Shown: positions 28,032 through 39,413, counted from the stretch's first letter. The stretch: DNA of 57,351 nucleotides from an uncultured Eubacterium sp. (GCA_905236235.1 CAJOPA010000084.1:1-57351); one strand, 5' to 3'. Notes: generated from the sequence alone by a model not told the origin. A program made the numbers and translations.

Positions 28032-28358
28032 CATAACACCATCTCTCCAGATCCTTTCCAGATCATAAAAGATTCTTTGATCCTGTGGGAAGAGATGGAC
28101 AACGACGTCCTGATAATCCATTAAGATCCAACTGGAATCGCGATTTCCTTCGATCGCTTTCGGATGGATCTTTTTTTCATACAGTTTTTCTTCCACTTCA
28201 TCCTTCATGGCAAGCAGCTGATTGGGATTGGATGCGGAAGCGATAATAAAATAATCCGCCAGCACGGAAACTTCATGGATATCGATCACTTTGATGTCCA
28301 TACCCTTTTTTTCCTCTAATGCATGGCAAATGATCTTTGCCTTTTCTTTACTGTTCAT
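28011..28358 (-). CDS. rsfS: Ribosome silencing factor RsfS
   Basis: 115 aa. Contains KKGMDIKVIDI..VLADYFIIASASN, WILMDYQDVVVHLF and YDLERIW. Confidence 0.92.
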   Translation of the reverse strand: MNSKEKAKIICHALEEKKGMDIKVIDIHEVSVLADYFIIASASNPNQLLAMKDEVEEKLYEKKIHPKAIEGNRDSSWILMDYQDVVVHLFPQDQRIFYDLERIWRDGVMIDSEEL

Positions 28359-28361
28359 CGA

Positions 28362-28946
28362 TCAGATTTCCTCCACATTTCTGTAATATGTATAGGCATC
28401 CATCGTCCTCGGATCGATGGGTTTTCCTGTGATCTGCAGATAATCGACCGTATCGCGCAGGATCATGGCTAAAGCTTTGTCAAGGGATACAAAAGCAAGA
28501 TTGCGCAAACGATCCAAATGCGGTGCCTGGTCACGATTGGGCTCGATGTAATCAGCTACATAGATGATCTTGTCAAGAAGATTCATATTGGGCTCTCCGG
28601 TCGTATGTACGAGGATCGCATGTAACACCTTCTCATCATAGATCCCATACTCCTTCCGCGCAACGATCGTCCCGCACCTTGCATGAAGCAACACCGGGTT
28701 GATCTTTTCGATCTCGGTGGGTTTCTGCCCGTTTTCATTAAGCAGCGCGATACTCTCCTCTTTGGAAAGATATTTCGCGCAATCATGCAACAGTCCCGCC
28801 AACATGGCCTGTTCCATGGAAGAACCGTAACGCATGGCCATAGCGCTTGCCGTATAGGCAACGCCCAACGTATGTTCATAGCGCTGCTCGGAAAGCGTAT
28901 TTCTTAATTTGTTGCGGATCTCACTAAATTCAAGCATGGTACTCAT
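28362..28946 (-). CDS. yqeK: HD-domain bis(5'-nucleosyl)-tetraphosphatase YqeK
   Basis: RYEHTLGV and GLLHDCAK (HD motif). Start ATG (MSTMLEF) lies 10 nt after AAGGAG and overlaps the nadD end. Conserved nadD-yqeK-rsfS order. Confidence 0.88.
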   Translation of the reverse strand: MSTMLEFSEIRNKLRNTLSEQRYEHTLGVAYTASAMAMRYGSSMEQAMLAGLLHDCAKYLSKEESIALLNENGQKPTEIEKINPVLLHARCGTIVARKEYGIYDEKVLHAILVHTTGEPNMNLLDKIIYVADYIEPNRDQAPHLDRLRNLAFVSLDKALAMILRDTVDYLQITGKPIDPRTMDAYTYYRNVEEI

Positions 28947-29562
28947 AAAGATGATGCTCCTTAATATAATCAACCACTGCATCCGGCAAAAAATAGCGAA
29001 TGGATTGTCCAGCCGCGATTCTGCTGCGGATCAGCTCGGAAGAAATGTCAAAGGCAGGGCAATTGATCACTTCGATCCGGGTATCATACCGCGTCTCAAG
29101 ATTGAGGATGCATTCCGCAAGATTATAAGCCTCGATCTCATCTCTTGCGCCGACAATGATCGTTGCAAGATCGGAGATGCGTTGCGGATTGTTCCAATGA
29201 TCGAAGTATTTTAAGGAATCTCCTCCGAGAATAAAGAAAAACTCCGTATCGGGGTGTTCTTCGGTAAGGATTTCCAGCGTACGATATGTATAGCAGATCT
29301 CATTGGCGTCCACTTCCATCCGACTCATGAAAAAATGCGTATTATCACGGATCGCCGCCTCGATCATGCTGCAACGATGCTCCTTTGGCAGGATCTGCGG
29401 TCCGCTTTTATGCGGCGCCAAACCGGTGGGAATAAAAACCACGCGATCAAGCGCAAACTGCTCCCGTGCATTTTCCGCTATGATCAAATGCCCATAATGA
29501 ATAGGATTAAAAGTCCCGCCGATGAGCCCAATCCTCTTCGATTTTTTGTTTGCATCCGCCAT
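28930..29562 (-). CDS. nadD: Nicotinate-nucleotide adenylyltransferase
   Basis: 210 aa. Contains GLIGGTFNPIHYGHL and SSELIRSRI. Confidence 0.93.
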   Translation of the reverse strand: MADANKKSKRIGLIGGTFNPIHYGHLIIAENAREQFALDRVVFIPTGLAPHKSGPQILPKEHRCSMIEAAIRDNTHFFMSRMEVDANEICYTYRTLEILTEEHPDTEFFFILGGDSLKYFDHWNNPQRISDLATIIVGARDEIEAYNLAECILNLETRYDTRIEVINCPAFDISSELIRSRIAAGQSIRYFLPDAVVDYIKEHHLYEYHA

Positions 29563-29589
29563 GATGCTACCCCCTTTACGGAAGACCTT

Positions 29590-29877
29590 TTACGGAAGAA
29601 CGATCTTTTTGTGCTCCTTCGATTCCTTATACAATACGATCTTTTTCCCAATGACCATGACAACTTCGGACAACGTACGCTCTGCAAGCGTTTGCGCGAG
29701 GATTTTGGGATCCTCGAAACAGTTTTTTAAGACGGAGATCTTAATGATCTCTCTTTTTTCAAGTGCATCCGCAATAGCGGCCGTCATCTCCGGCGTGATC
29801 CCGCTTTTTCCGATCTGAAAGATCGGTTGGATATTCTGGGAAAGTCCTTTTAAATACGCCCTTTGTTTACTTGTCAT
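29590..29877 (-). CDS. yhbY: CRM-domain RNA-binding ribosome assembly protein YhbY
   Basis: 95 aa. Contains LTSKQRAYLKGLSQNIQPIFQIGKSGIT. Confidence 0.88.
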   Translation of the reverse strand: MTSKQRAYLKGLSQNIQPIFQIGKSGITPEMTAAIADALEKREIIKISVLKNCFEDPKILAQTLAERTLSEVVMVIGKKIVLYKESKEHKKIVLP

Positions 29878-29889
29878 ACCGACTCCTTT

Positions 29890-31221
<1,332 letters not shown>

Positions 31222-31231
31222 TCATGCATTC

Positions 31232-31519
31232 TTATTTCTCTTCTACCGGATAAACAGAAGCGACCTTCTTGTCTCTTCCTTTTCTTTCGAAGCGTAAGAT
31301 ACCGTCAGCCGTAGCAAATAAGGTATCGTCACCGCCCCTTCCGACATTTACACCCGGATGGATCTTGGTTCCGCGCTGTCTGTAAAGGATATTGCCCGCC
31401 TTTACGAACTGACCGTCCGCGCGCTTTGCACCAAGACGCTTGGACTCGCTGTCACGTCCGTTCTTGGTAGAACCTACACCCTTTTTATGAGCAAAGAATT
31501 GAAGATTCATGCTAAGCAT
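31232..31519 (-). CDS. rpmA: 50S ribosomal protein L27 with cleavable N-terminal extension
   Basis: [30 protein letters not shown]. The internal ATG was chosen. Confidence 0.97.
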   Translation of the reverse strand: MLSMNLQFFAHKKGVGSTKNGRDSESKRLGAKRADGQFVKAGNILYRQRGTKIHPGVNVGRGGDDTLFATADGILRFERKGRDKKVASVYPVEEK

Positions 31520-31523
31520 CGTT

Positions 31524-31850
31524 TTACACCTCCTCGTATCGAATATGCATAGTATCTGCGTGATCTTTTTGTATGGAAGACAGTCCCAAATGCAGGGAAT
31601 CCAAAAGAAGTAAAGAGGATGCATCGGGCGCGGATGCAAGATCCACCCGGATCAGCCCTTCCTCCTCATCCGTTTCCAGATCAAATTCCGCATGTGCGAG
31701 AAGTTGAAGGCTGTTGACGGCATTGATGGTAAGCGCACTGACGGCGGCGCACACGATATCTTCCCCGTAAGCACCGGCACCGGCATGTCCGTGACATGAA
31801 AACCCGCGATAATTTCCTTTTTCGTCTTTGGTAAATACTATCTCAATCAT
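31524..31850 (-). CDS. prp: Ribosomal-processing cysteine protease Prp
   Basis: 108 aa between rplU and rpmA. Contains [15 protein letters not shown] (His/Cys dyad context). Confidence 0.88.
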   Translation of the reverse strand: MIEIVFTKDEKGNYRGFSCHGHAGAGAYGEDIVCAAVSALTINAVNSLQLLAHAEFDLETDEEEGLIRVDLASAPDASSLLLLDSLHLGLSSIQKDHADTMHIRYEEV

Positions 31851-31869
31851 ACATGTACATCGTATAGGC

Positions 31870-32178
31870 TTATTTGCTGATCTTGTCGATCTTCACCTTG
31901 GTATACGACTGTCTGTGACCGTTCTTCTTATGATAGCCGGTCTTTCTCTTGTACTTGTAAACGATGACTTTCTTAGCTCTGCCTTCTTCAATGACAGATG
32001 CGGAAACGGTTGCACCGGATACGGTGGGATTTCCGACAGTAAGCTTATCATCGCTTAAAGCAAGCACCTGATCGAAAACAACGGTTTCTCCGGCATCAAC
32101 TCCAAGTTTTTCAATGGTAATGATATCGCCTTCAGAAACTTTGTACTGCTTTCCACCTGTTGCAATGATCGCGTACAT
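31870..32178 (-). CDS. rplU: 50S ribosomal protein L21
   Basis: [16 protein letters not shown] from the internal ATG, with an AGGAGG RBS. Confidence 0.96.
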   Translation of the reverse strand: MYAIIATGGKQYKVSEGDIITIEKLGVDAGETVVFDQVLALSDDKLTVGNPTVSGATVSASVIEEGRAKKVIVYKYKRKTGYHKKNGHRQSYTKVKIDKISK

Positions 32179-32259
32179 AGGGCACCTCCTATTATCATTA
32201 CTCGCCAGTTGCGGTGCTGCCTGGGCAGACTTTGACCTCACTGTGCGGCATACTCTGAC
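32179..32259 (-). promoter_or_regulatory. Candidate L21 ribosomal-protein leader (5' UTR of rplU-prp-rpmA)
   Basis: An 81-nt untranslated leader between the predicted promoter and the rplU ATG, at the position where the Firmicutes L21 leader is known. I did not verify the structure beyond small GC stems (CTGC-CCAG-GCAG). Confidence 0.4.
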
Positions 32260-32288
32260 AATATACCATTTCCGCAAAAACAAGTCAA
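32260..32288 (-). promoter_or_regulatory. Promoter of the rplU-prp-rpmA operon
   Basis: Minus strand: TTGACT (32288-32283), a 17-nt spacer, then TATATT (32265-32260) with an extended -10 TGg. Confidence 0.65.
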
Positions 32289-32317
32289 GTTAAACTTTTT
32301 AACTCGCTCTCCTACGG

Positions 32318-33541
32318 TCATTCGGAATATTTCATCTGTTCGGACAACGGTTTTCGGATCTTTTTCCGCGTCAATTCCATGAGGGACAAGCCCGTCATAT
32401 CGATCACGGACGTGGGGACCGGATCATTTTTGACGCAGTTTTTCATGAATTCGATCATTTCCTGCGTCGTACCGCTGACGTCAATAAAATCAATCACGAT
32501 GATCCCGGAAATATTTCTTAATCGAAGCTGTTTTGCAATCTCTACCGCAGCCTCCTTATTGATCCGCAGATGATTTTCCTTTTTATTGTAACGATCCACA
32601 TTTTTTGCCGAATTCACATCGATCACCGTTAAGGCTTCCGTGTGTTCGATCATGATATACGCCCCTGAATTAAGCCATACCTTTGGCGAGAGCGCCAATG
32701 ATACCTGATGTTCGATGGAATACAATTTTTCCAAGGGATAAGGATCTTCATACAGGGTAAGCTTGGGCAGATCCTCCGGTTGATACCTGCGGATATAAGA
32801 CATAAGCTCGGCATGGATGTCGGCATCATCCGTCAGGATCTCCTCATAGGAAAAACGGTACGTGTTCTTTAAAAATGAAATATAGGAAGGCTCCGGCTGA
32901 TCCACACGATGAAAGGTCACGGCATGGACCCAGGTGCGAATCTGCTGTTTCATCCGCTCCGTCAGTTCTTCCCATTCCCGAAGCAGATCGTCTTCCCCGG
33001 CATCCTGTGCGTTGGTACGCACGATCACGCCCCAGGGAAGATCGCAATCAAGAGCATCCTCATCCGATCCGCCCGTTTCAGCCACTGCATCTGCAAAAAA
33101 CCGGGATAATTCCTCCCGTCTTTCGCCCGTGATCTTGTGGGATATGCCTACTCCACCCTTTCCGAGCGTCAGGATCATAGTACGCCCCTTCCACTGCAGG
33201 ATACTCGAAACGGTGGGAAGTTTGTTTTTTTGTGCCTCCTTGACCACCTGCACAAGGAACTCATCCCCCACGCAAATGGATTCTTTCGAGTATTTTTTTA
33301 CAAATAAAGGCGTAGGATTGTCTTCCATCGAAAAAAAGCAATCCTGTCCGATCCCGATATCCACGAAGCAGGCATTAACATTTTTTAACATCTTACTCAC
33401 ACGGCCGACATAGATCGCATCCAAAAGAGAGGCTTCCCTGTCAGGTTCATAAGAAATCTCAACGAATTTACCGTCCAGCAAAAGTCCTGTCAGGATTCCT
33501 TTGCCGTAGCGCGTGATCAGCAGTTTTTTCTTTGCCATCAT
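32318..33541 (-). CDS. rng: Ribonuclease G/E-family endoribonuclease
   Basis: N-terminal S1-like region (YVGRVSKMLKNVNACFVDIG) and catalytic core (ALTVIDVNSAK, GIIVIDFID). Its start forms an ATGA overlap with the upstream stop. Confidence 0.85.
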   Translation of the reverse strand: MMAKKKLLITRYGKGILTGLLLDGKFVEISYEPDREASLLDAIYVGRVSKMLKNVNACFVDIGIGQDCFFSMEDNPTPLFVKKYSKESICVGDEFLVQVVKEAQKNKLPTVSSILQWKGRTMILTLGKGGVGISHKITGERREELSRFFADAVAETGGSDEDALDCDLPWGVIVRTNAQDAGEDDLLREWEELTERMKQQIRTWVHAVTFHRVDQPEPSYISFLKNTYRFSYEEILTDDADIHAELMSYIRRYQPEDLPKLTLYEDPYPLEKLYSIEHQVSLALSPKVWLNSGAYIMIEHTEALTVIDVNSAKNVDRYNKKENHLRINKEAAVEIAKQLRLRNISGIIVIDFIDVSGTTQEMIEFMKNCVKNDPVPTSVIDMTGLSLMELTRKKIRKPLSEQMKYSE

Positions 33542-34293
33542 TCCGTTCCCACATCCTCCAAAGGTATCCATGTTTCCCCGGATAAAGCATACAATTCTTT
33601 TCTTGTAACGGCAATCCCGAGCTCCTCGGCTTCCCAGCCGGCATAGTCAAGAAATGTCTGCATAAACAATCCCGGCTTTAGATTGGCGCGACTGCCGGCA
33701 CAGGCCTTTAAAAAGAGCACAGGGCACTCCGTATCCATGATATCTTCCGATGAAAATGCATCCGTCTCCACCGCATCGCACAAACGGCACTCTATGATAA
33801 ACGGCCGGATGTCCGTCATCTGCGTTCCCTTTTTTGTCGACTTCTCGACGATCACCGTCTCCCGAGCCATAAAAGACGAAAGTGCCTCTTCCCAGAGTTT
33901 ACGATCTTTGGGAAGTAACGTGTGATCATAGCCTTTTTTGCATCCGATCATGTAATCAGCGCCGATCACGGCGGACATGCAGTTTTCCGCACGCTCGGGA
34001 AGCATACGCACGGACAGGATCGATACATCCTCTCCCGTCACCAGATCAAGCCGGCTTCGGACGTCCTCCGCATCTGTAAAAGTACGGACTTCGATATCAA
34101 AATACTCCGCGTCACTTTCCATGCCCACACCCAAAGGATAGGCAAAGGACATGATCTGATGCGGCGAAAAACCCTCACTGTAGGCGATGTCGATCTGCGC
34201 ACGGCGGATCGCCTTCTGAAAGAAACGCATGGTGTCCAGATGTCCGATATAACGCATCAGTCCGTGCTTGGAAAACTTAATTCTGATCTTCAA
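33538..34293 (-). CDS. Radical-SAM-associated protein, TIGR03936/DUF2344 family
   Basis: TTG start 8 nt after GGGAGG gives LKIRIKFSKHGLMRYIGHLDTMRFFQKAIRRA.. and SEGFSPHQIMSFA. It follows its usual radical SAM partner. Confidence 0.8.
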   Translation of the reverse strand: MKIRIKFSKHGLMRYIGHLDTMRFFQKAIRRAQIDIAYSEGFSPHQIMSFAYPLGVGMESDAEYFDIEVRTFTDAEDVRSRLDLVTGEDVSILSVRMLPERAENCMSAVIGADYMIGCKKGYDHTLLPKDRKLWEEALSSFMARETVIVEKSTKKGTQMTDIRPFIIECRLCDAVETDAFSSEDIMDTECPVLFLKACAGSRANLKPGLFMQTFLDYAGWEAEELGIAVTRKELYALSGETWIPLEDVGTE

Positions 34294-36145
34294 AGCACAC
34301 ACCTCCCTTGTATAGCATAGCACCGCAACCGGAGCACTGCATGCGGCAATTCGGCGTCACTTCGCCACGCAAAGCACGTTCCCATTCTTTCCACAGGAAT
34401 TCCTTTTTTACACCACAATCGATGAAGTCCCAAGGCAAGATCTCCTCTTTGGTGCGCTCACGGTAGAGATAAAAATCGGGATCGCCTCCCCATTGCCGGA
34501 TACTTTCTTTCCATTTTTCAAAATCAAAGCATTCCGTCCAGGAATCAAACATACATCCGTTTTGGTACGCGATCATCAAAAGTTTGGACAATCTCCTGTC
34601 GCCTCTTGCAAGCAGACCTTCCAGATACGTCAGGTTCGGCTCATGATAATGATAACGCATACTCTTTTTGTTTAATTGCGTCGGCAGCGTCTCGTTTACC
34701 AGGTACGCCTTCTTTAGGAAGGATTCGGGCGTGTCCATGGGTACCCACTGGAAGGGCGTAAAAGGCTTCGGCACAAAAAAGGACGTACTGATGGTGACAG
34801 CCACCTTGCCGTTTCGCTCCTCCTTGGGGATCTCATCATAATATGTTTCGCAGATCTCCTCCGCAAGATAAACGATCTCACGGATATCTTCTTCCGTCTC
34901 CGTCGGAAGTCCGAGCATAAAATAGAGCTTGACCTTATTCCAGCCGCCGTGGAATGCCAGAGAGGAGCCTTTAAGGATGTCTTCCTTTGTCAGCCCCTTA
35001 TTGATCACGTTTCGCATGCGCTGCGATCCGGCTTCGGGCGCGAAAGTCAGCGAGCTTTTGCGAATGTCCTGCACCTTTTGCATGACATCGAGCGCAAAGG
35101 CGTCGATCCGAAGGGAAGGCAGAGAAATATTAACGCCGGTCTGCGCAATATCTCCGATCAAAAACTCCACCAATTCGCCGAGTTCTTTGTAATCACTGGA
35201 ACTTAAAGACGCCAAAGAGATCTCTTCATGACCCGTACTTTGCAAAAGTTCATGCGCCTGTTTTTTTAACGTTTCAATATTTTTTTCGCGATTCGGACGG
35301 TAGATCATCCCCGCCTGACAAAAACGACATCCGCGGATACAGCCTCGCTGAATCTCCAAAACCACGCGGTCCTGGATGGCTTTTACATAGGGGATCACGG
35401 GCCTTGTCGGATAGTAGGCGCTGTCAAAGTCCGTTACCACCTGCTTTTTAATCTTTTCGGGAATATCGTCAAACATCGGTCGAAAGCTTTGTATCGTTCC
35501 GTCCGCATGATAGGAAACCTCGTAAAGTTCCGGAACGTAAAGCCCCGGGATCTTTGCCGCTTCATGCAAAAACCTCTTTCGGTCCCATCCGTTTTCTTTA
35601 TGCGCAATATACAGGTCGAAAAGCGCATCAAAAGAAGTCTCTCCCTCACCCATGTAAAGGATGTCAAAGAAATCCGCAACAGGTTCGGGATTGGAAGTGC
35701 ACGGTCCGCCGCCGATCACAATGGGATCGGTTTCCATACGGTCTTTTGATAAAAGCGAGATCTTGCTAAGATCGAGGATCTGCAAGACGTTCGTATAGCA
35801 CATCTCATACTGCATGGTGATCCCCAGAAAATCAAACTGCGCAAGAGGCGTTTGCGTCTCTAAGGAAAACAAAGGGATATCCTCTTTGCGCATGATCGAA
35901 TCAAGATCCGTCCAGGGGGAATAGACCCTCTCGCAATACACATCTTCCCGTTCATTAAACATCCCGTACAAAATCTGGATGCCAAGATGCGACATCCCGA
36001 TCTCATAAACGTCCGGAAAGCACATGACAAACCGCACCTTGACGGATGCAGGATCCTTCACGATGCGGTTCATCTCATTGCCAAGATACCTGGCAGGTTT
36101 ATCAATGGTCATCAGAATTTCATCTGAAAGTGCGGTTTTTTTCAT
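34277..36145 (-). CDS. B12-binding-domain radical SAM protein, TIGR03960 family
   Basis: 622 aa. Contains KPARYLGNE and FPDVYEIGMSHLGIQILY, with radical SAM cluster CIRGCRFC. Confidence 0.85.
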   Translation of the reverse strand: MKKTALSDEILMTIDKPARYLGNEMNRIVKDPASVKVRFVMCFPDVYEIGMSHLGIQILYGMFNEREDVYCERVYSPWTDLDSIMRKEDIPLFSLETQTPLAQFDFLGITMQYEMCYTNVLQILDLSKISLLSKDRMETDPIVIGGGPCTSNPEPVADFFDILYMGEGETSFDALFDLYIAHKENGWDRKRFLHEAAKIPGLYVPELYEVSYHADGTIQSFRPMFDDIPEKIKKQVVTDFDSAYYPTRPVIPYVKAIQDRVVLEIQRGCIRGCRFCQAGMIYRPNREKNIETLKKQAHELLQSTGHEEISLASLSSSDYKELGELVEFLIGDIAQTGVNISLPSLRIDAFALDVMQKVQDIRKSSLTFAPEAGSQRMRNVINKGLTKEDILKGSSLAFHGGWNKVKLYFMLGLPTETEEDIREIVYLAEEICETYYDEIPKEERNGKVAVTISTSFFVPKPFTPFQWVPMDTPESFLKKAYLVNETLPTQLNKKSMRYHYHEPNLTYLEGLLARGDRRLSKLLMIAYQNGCMFDSWTECFDFEKWKESIRQWGGDPDFYLYRERTKEEILPWDFIDCGVKKEFLWKEWERALRGEVTPNCRMQCSGCGAMLYKGGVCFEDQN

Positions 36146-36154
36146 GCATACCTC

Positions 36155-37447
36155 TTATTCCCGATTGGCCAGCTCGTTGGTAATATCTTCCCACGTCACA
36201 CCGCGCTCTGCCATGAGAACCATCACATGGTAAAGGAAATCGGAAATCTCATATTTAATCTCTTCGGGATCCGGATTTTTGGCAGCGATGATGATCTCGC
36301 TGGCTTCCTCACCCACTTTTTTTAGTATTTTATCGATACCTTTATCAAAAAGATAATTGGTATAGGAGCCTTCCCTGGGATGGATCTTGCGATCCAGAAT
36401 GGTGGCATATACCTGCTCAAACACTTTTAAGGGATTCTTTTCTTTGAAATCCTTCCTCGCGATCTCATTGAAAAAGCAACTCTTGCTTCCCGTATGGCAT
36501 GCTACACCCACTTGGCTCACCTTGGCAAGGATGGTATCCTTATCGCAATCCGCCACAAGGCTCTTTACGTATTGGTAATGACCGGAGGTCTCACCTTTTA
36601 ACCAAAGCTCTTTGCGGCTGCGGGAATAATAATTCATCTTGCCGGTGGCGATCGTCCTATGGAAGGACTCCTCGTTCATATACGCCACCATCAATACTTC
36701 ATTCGTACGATAATCCTGCACCACCGTCGGGATCAGGCCGTTTTCGTTCGGCGTCAGATCCGACCAGGAAAGCTTCGACATAAAACGATTGACGACGATC
36801 CCATCCTTTTCGAGATCGTTTTTAAGAAGCATGATATCCGTCTCCGGATCATCGAGGCATCCGCCGCTGACGGCGTTCACGTAACCCTTTAAGAATAATT
36901 CACGGATCTTTTCTTCGTTTAATGTATCAAGCAATGCCACGACCGGCATGTCCGTAACGTTTTCGAAGGAAGAGATGGTCTTTTCATTTAATACCACAAG
37001 ATAACGACAAGTTTCCTCCACCAGCGCTTTCTGTTTAAACAGAATATCTACATTGTCCAGTGTCACGGCAAGCTTATCCTGTCCGAAACGTGCGCATGCT
37101 TCGCGTAAAACATTTTGGATATCCGGTTTTGCGCCGTTTAAGATCACACCGATACAGCCTGCATACAGATACTTCTTGATATCCTCTAAGCGCAAGATCC
37201 TACCTCCCGCAAAAACCGGGATCTCGGACCTGAGACAAATGCTTTTTAAAAGACCCATATGCATTTCGTGATCCTTGTCGCTGTCCGAAAGATCAAATAC
37301 ATAAATGGCATCTACGCCGCTGTCACAGTACATTTGCGCAAGTTTGACGGGATCTTCGTTGATCACAACGGACGAATCCTCCCGAAAACCTTTGACCGCT
37401 TTCCCGTCTTTTAAATATACACAGGATATCAAATAATGATGTTGCAT
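36155..37447 (-). CDS. hisI: HisIE (phosphoribosyl-AMP cyclohydrolase / phosphoribosyl-ATP pyrophosphatase) with an N-terminal HisA/HisF-like barrel domain
   Basis: 430 aa. The C-terminal half is HisI ([35 protein letters not shown]) plus HisE ([21 protein letters not shown]). The N-terminal ~215 aa align by eye to HisF. Confidence 0.88.
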   Translation of the reverse strand: MQHHYLISCVYLKDGKAVKGFREDSSVVINEDPVKLAQMYCDSGVDAIYVFDLSDSDKDHEMHMGLLKSICLRSEIPVFAGGRILRLEDIKKYLYAGCIGVILNGAKPDIQNVLREACARFGQDKLAVTLDNVDILFKQKALVEETCRYLVVLNEKTISSFENVTDMPVVALLDTLNEEKIRELFLKGYVNAVSGGCLDDPETDIMLLKNDLEKDGIVVNRFMSKLSWSDLTPNENGLIPTVVQDYRTNEVLMVAYMNEESFHRTIATGKMNYYSRSRKELWLKGETSGHYQYVKSLVADCDKDTILAKVSQVGVACHTGSKSCFFNEIARKDFKEKNPLKVFEQVYATILDRKIHPREGSYTNYLFDKGIDKILKKVGEEASEIIIAAKNPDPEEIKYEISDFLYHVMVLMAERGVTWEDITNELANRE

Positions 37448-37496
37448 TTTACTTACCTCTTTTTTCTATTTGCGAAAGTTGCCTTTCTGTTGGTGA

Positions 37497-38084
37497 TCAG
37501 ATCGTTCCCTTGGTGGATAAAACGTCGTCGATCCGCGCATCCGGCATGCTTGCCTCATCCAATGCCTTGGCAAACGCCTTAAACATGGCTTCGATCATGT
37601 GGTGCGTATTGCTGCCGTCGATGATCTTGATATTGATATTCATACCGGCGGTATAGCTTAAAGCATAGAAAAATTCACGCACCGTCTCGGTATCCATCAG
37701 TCCCACACGCTCCGCGGGAAAATCCGCATCAAAAACCAGATAGGGACGACCGGACAGATCGATGGCGCAAAGCGCAAGCGTCTCATCCATCGGCAGATAT
37801 CTTTGTCCGTAACGTTTGATCCCCTTCTTGTCACCAAGGGCAGCACGGATCACCTGTCCCAGGACGATCCCCGTATCCTCTACGGTGTGATGACAATCCA
37901 CGGCCAGATCGCCTTTGGCTTTGATCTCCAGATCAAAAAGACCGTGCTTTGCAAAAGAAGCCAGCATATGATCGAAGAATCCGATGCCCGTGTGGATATT
38001 TGCCTCCCCTTTTCCGTCCAGATTGATCTTGATATAGATGTCGGTCTCGGCGGTTGTTCTGGTTTTTTCAGCAATTCTCTCCAT
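37497..38084 (-). CDS. hisB: Imidazoleglycerol-phosphate dehydratase
   Basis: 195 aa. Contains TRTTAETDI, GIGFFDHML and HHTVEDTGI. Confidence 0.95.
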   Translation of the reverse strand: MERIAEKTRTTAETDIYIKINLDGKGEANIHTGIGFFDHMLASFAKHGLFDLEIKAKGDLAVDCHHTVEDTGIVLGQVIRAALGDKKGIKRYGQRYLPMDETLALCAIDLSGRPYLVFDADFPAERVGLMDTETVREFFYALSYTAGMNINIKIIDGSNTHHMIEAMFKAFAKALDEASMPDARIDDVLSTKGTI

Positions 38085-38096
38085 TGTTTATCTCCT

Positions 38097-39410
38097 TTAT
38101 GACTCGTCGTCAAACCGTACCCTGATGGAATTGGCATGCGCCGTTAATCCTTCGCTTTCCGCAAACGCAATGATATCCCGATGCGCCTCTTGCAATGCCT
38201 CTCTGGAATAGGATATCACACTGGTCTTTTTTAAGAAAGCATCTACGCCCAAGGGGCTGAAAAATCTTGCCGTTCCGTTGGTGGGAAGCACATGATTGGG
38301 GCCGGCAAAATAATCTCCCAGAGGCTCGCTGGAATAGGAACCCAAAAAGATGGCGCCTGCGTGCCTTATCTTGGTCATGGACTCCCACGGATTGGCGGTT
38401 ACGATCTCCAGGTGCTCAGAAGCAATGTCATTCACAGCATCATAGGCATCTTCCATAGAGGAAGCCACGAGGATATATCCGTAATTGTCCAGGGATTTCT
38501 CCATGATCTCCCTGCGGGATAATTGCGATAAAAATCCGTCGATCTCGCAGGAAACATCCTCGGCAAGTCTCGCACTCGTTGTCACCAGGATGGCGGATGC
38601 CATCTCATCGTGCTCCGCCTGGGACAAAAGATCCGCCGCCACATAGCGGGCATCGGCACTATCATCCGCAAGCACAAGGATCTCGCTCGGTCCTGCCACG
38701 GAATCAATGCTCACATGGCCAAAGACAGCCTTCTTGGCAAGAGCCACATAGATATTGCCCGGGCCAACGATCTTATCCACCTTAGGAACGGACTCCGTAC
38801 CAAAGGCAAGGGCTCCGATCGCCTGTGCGCCTCCCACTTTATAGATCACATCCGCTCCGGCAAGATCGGCAGCCACAAGCGTGGTAGCACAGATTTGACC
38901 GGAAGCATCGGGCGGCGTCGTCATCACGATCTCCTTTACGCCCGCAACCTTGGCCGGTACGATATTCATCAATACGGAGGAAGGATAAACCGCTTTCCCG
39001 CCCGGAACATAGACACCGACTCTTTCAAGCGCCGTAACACGCTGCCCCAGAATGCTGCCGTCCGGTCGGTCTTCAAACCAGCTTTTCTGCAATTGTTTTT
39101 TATGAAAATCACGAATATTAAAAAGCGCACGTTTCATGACACCCAAAAGATTGGGGTTTTCTTCCTCGATCTGTCTGTAGGCATCGGCGATCTCCTGTCC
39201 GGTCACGCGGATATTATCCGCCGTGATCTCGGCCCCGTCAAAGTTTTTGGTATAGGAAAATAAAGCCTTATCTCCTTCTTCACGGACCCGGTCAAGGATC
39301 GTTTTCACCTGCTCCTCCTGCTTGGGGTAGGAAGAAGGTGTACGCTTTAGCAATGTTTTCAAAATATCCTGTTTTGTCTCTTCGTTTAAGGTAATAATAC
39401 GCATGATCAA
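38097..39410 (-). CDS. hisD: Histidinol dehydrogenase
   Basis: 437 aa. Contains GVYVPGGKAVYPSSVLM, SQAEHD and LGDYFAGPNHVLPT. Confidence 0.95.
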   Translation of the reverse strand: MIMRIITLNEETKQDILKTLLKRTPSSYPKQEEQVKTILDRVREEGDKALFSYTKNFDGAEITADNIRVTGQEIADAYRQIEEENPNLLGVMKRALFNIRDFHKKQLQKSWFEDRPDGSILGQRVTALERVGVYVPGGKAVYPSSVLMNIVPAKVAGVKEIVMTTPPDASGQICATTLVAADLAGADVIYKVGGAQAIGALAFGTESVPKVDKIVGPGNIYVALAKKAVFGHVSIDSVAGPSEILVLADDSADARYVAADLLSQAEHDEMASAILVTTSARLAEDVSCEIDGFLSQLSRREIMEKSLDNYGYILVASSMEDAYDAVNDIASEHLEIVTANPWESMTKIRHAGAIFLGSYSSEPLGDYFAGPNHVLPTNGTARFFSPLGVDAFLKKTSVISYSREALQEAHRDIIAFAESEGLTAHANSIRVRFDDES

Positions 39411-39413
39411 GCC

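Noticed and set aside
38610-39263. 217-aa + strand ORF inside hisD
   Set aside because: It is an antisense shadow of a confidently identified histidinol dehydrogenase.
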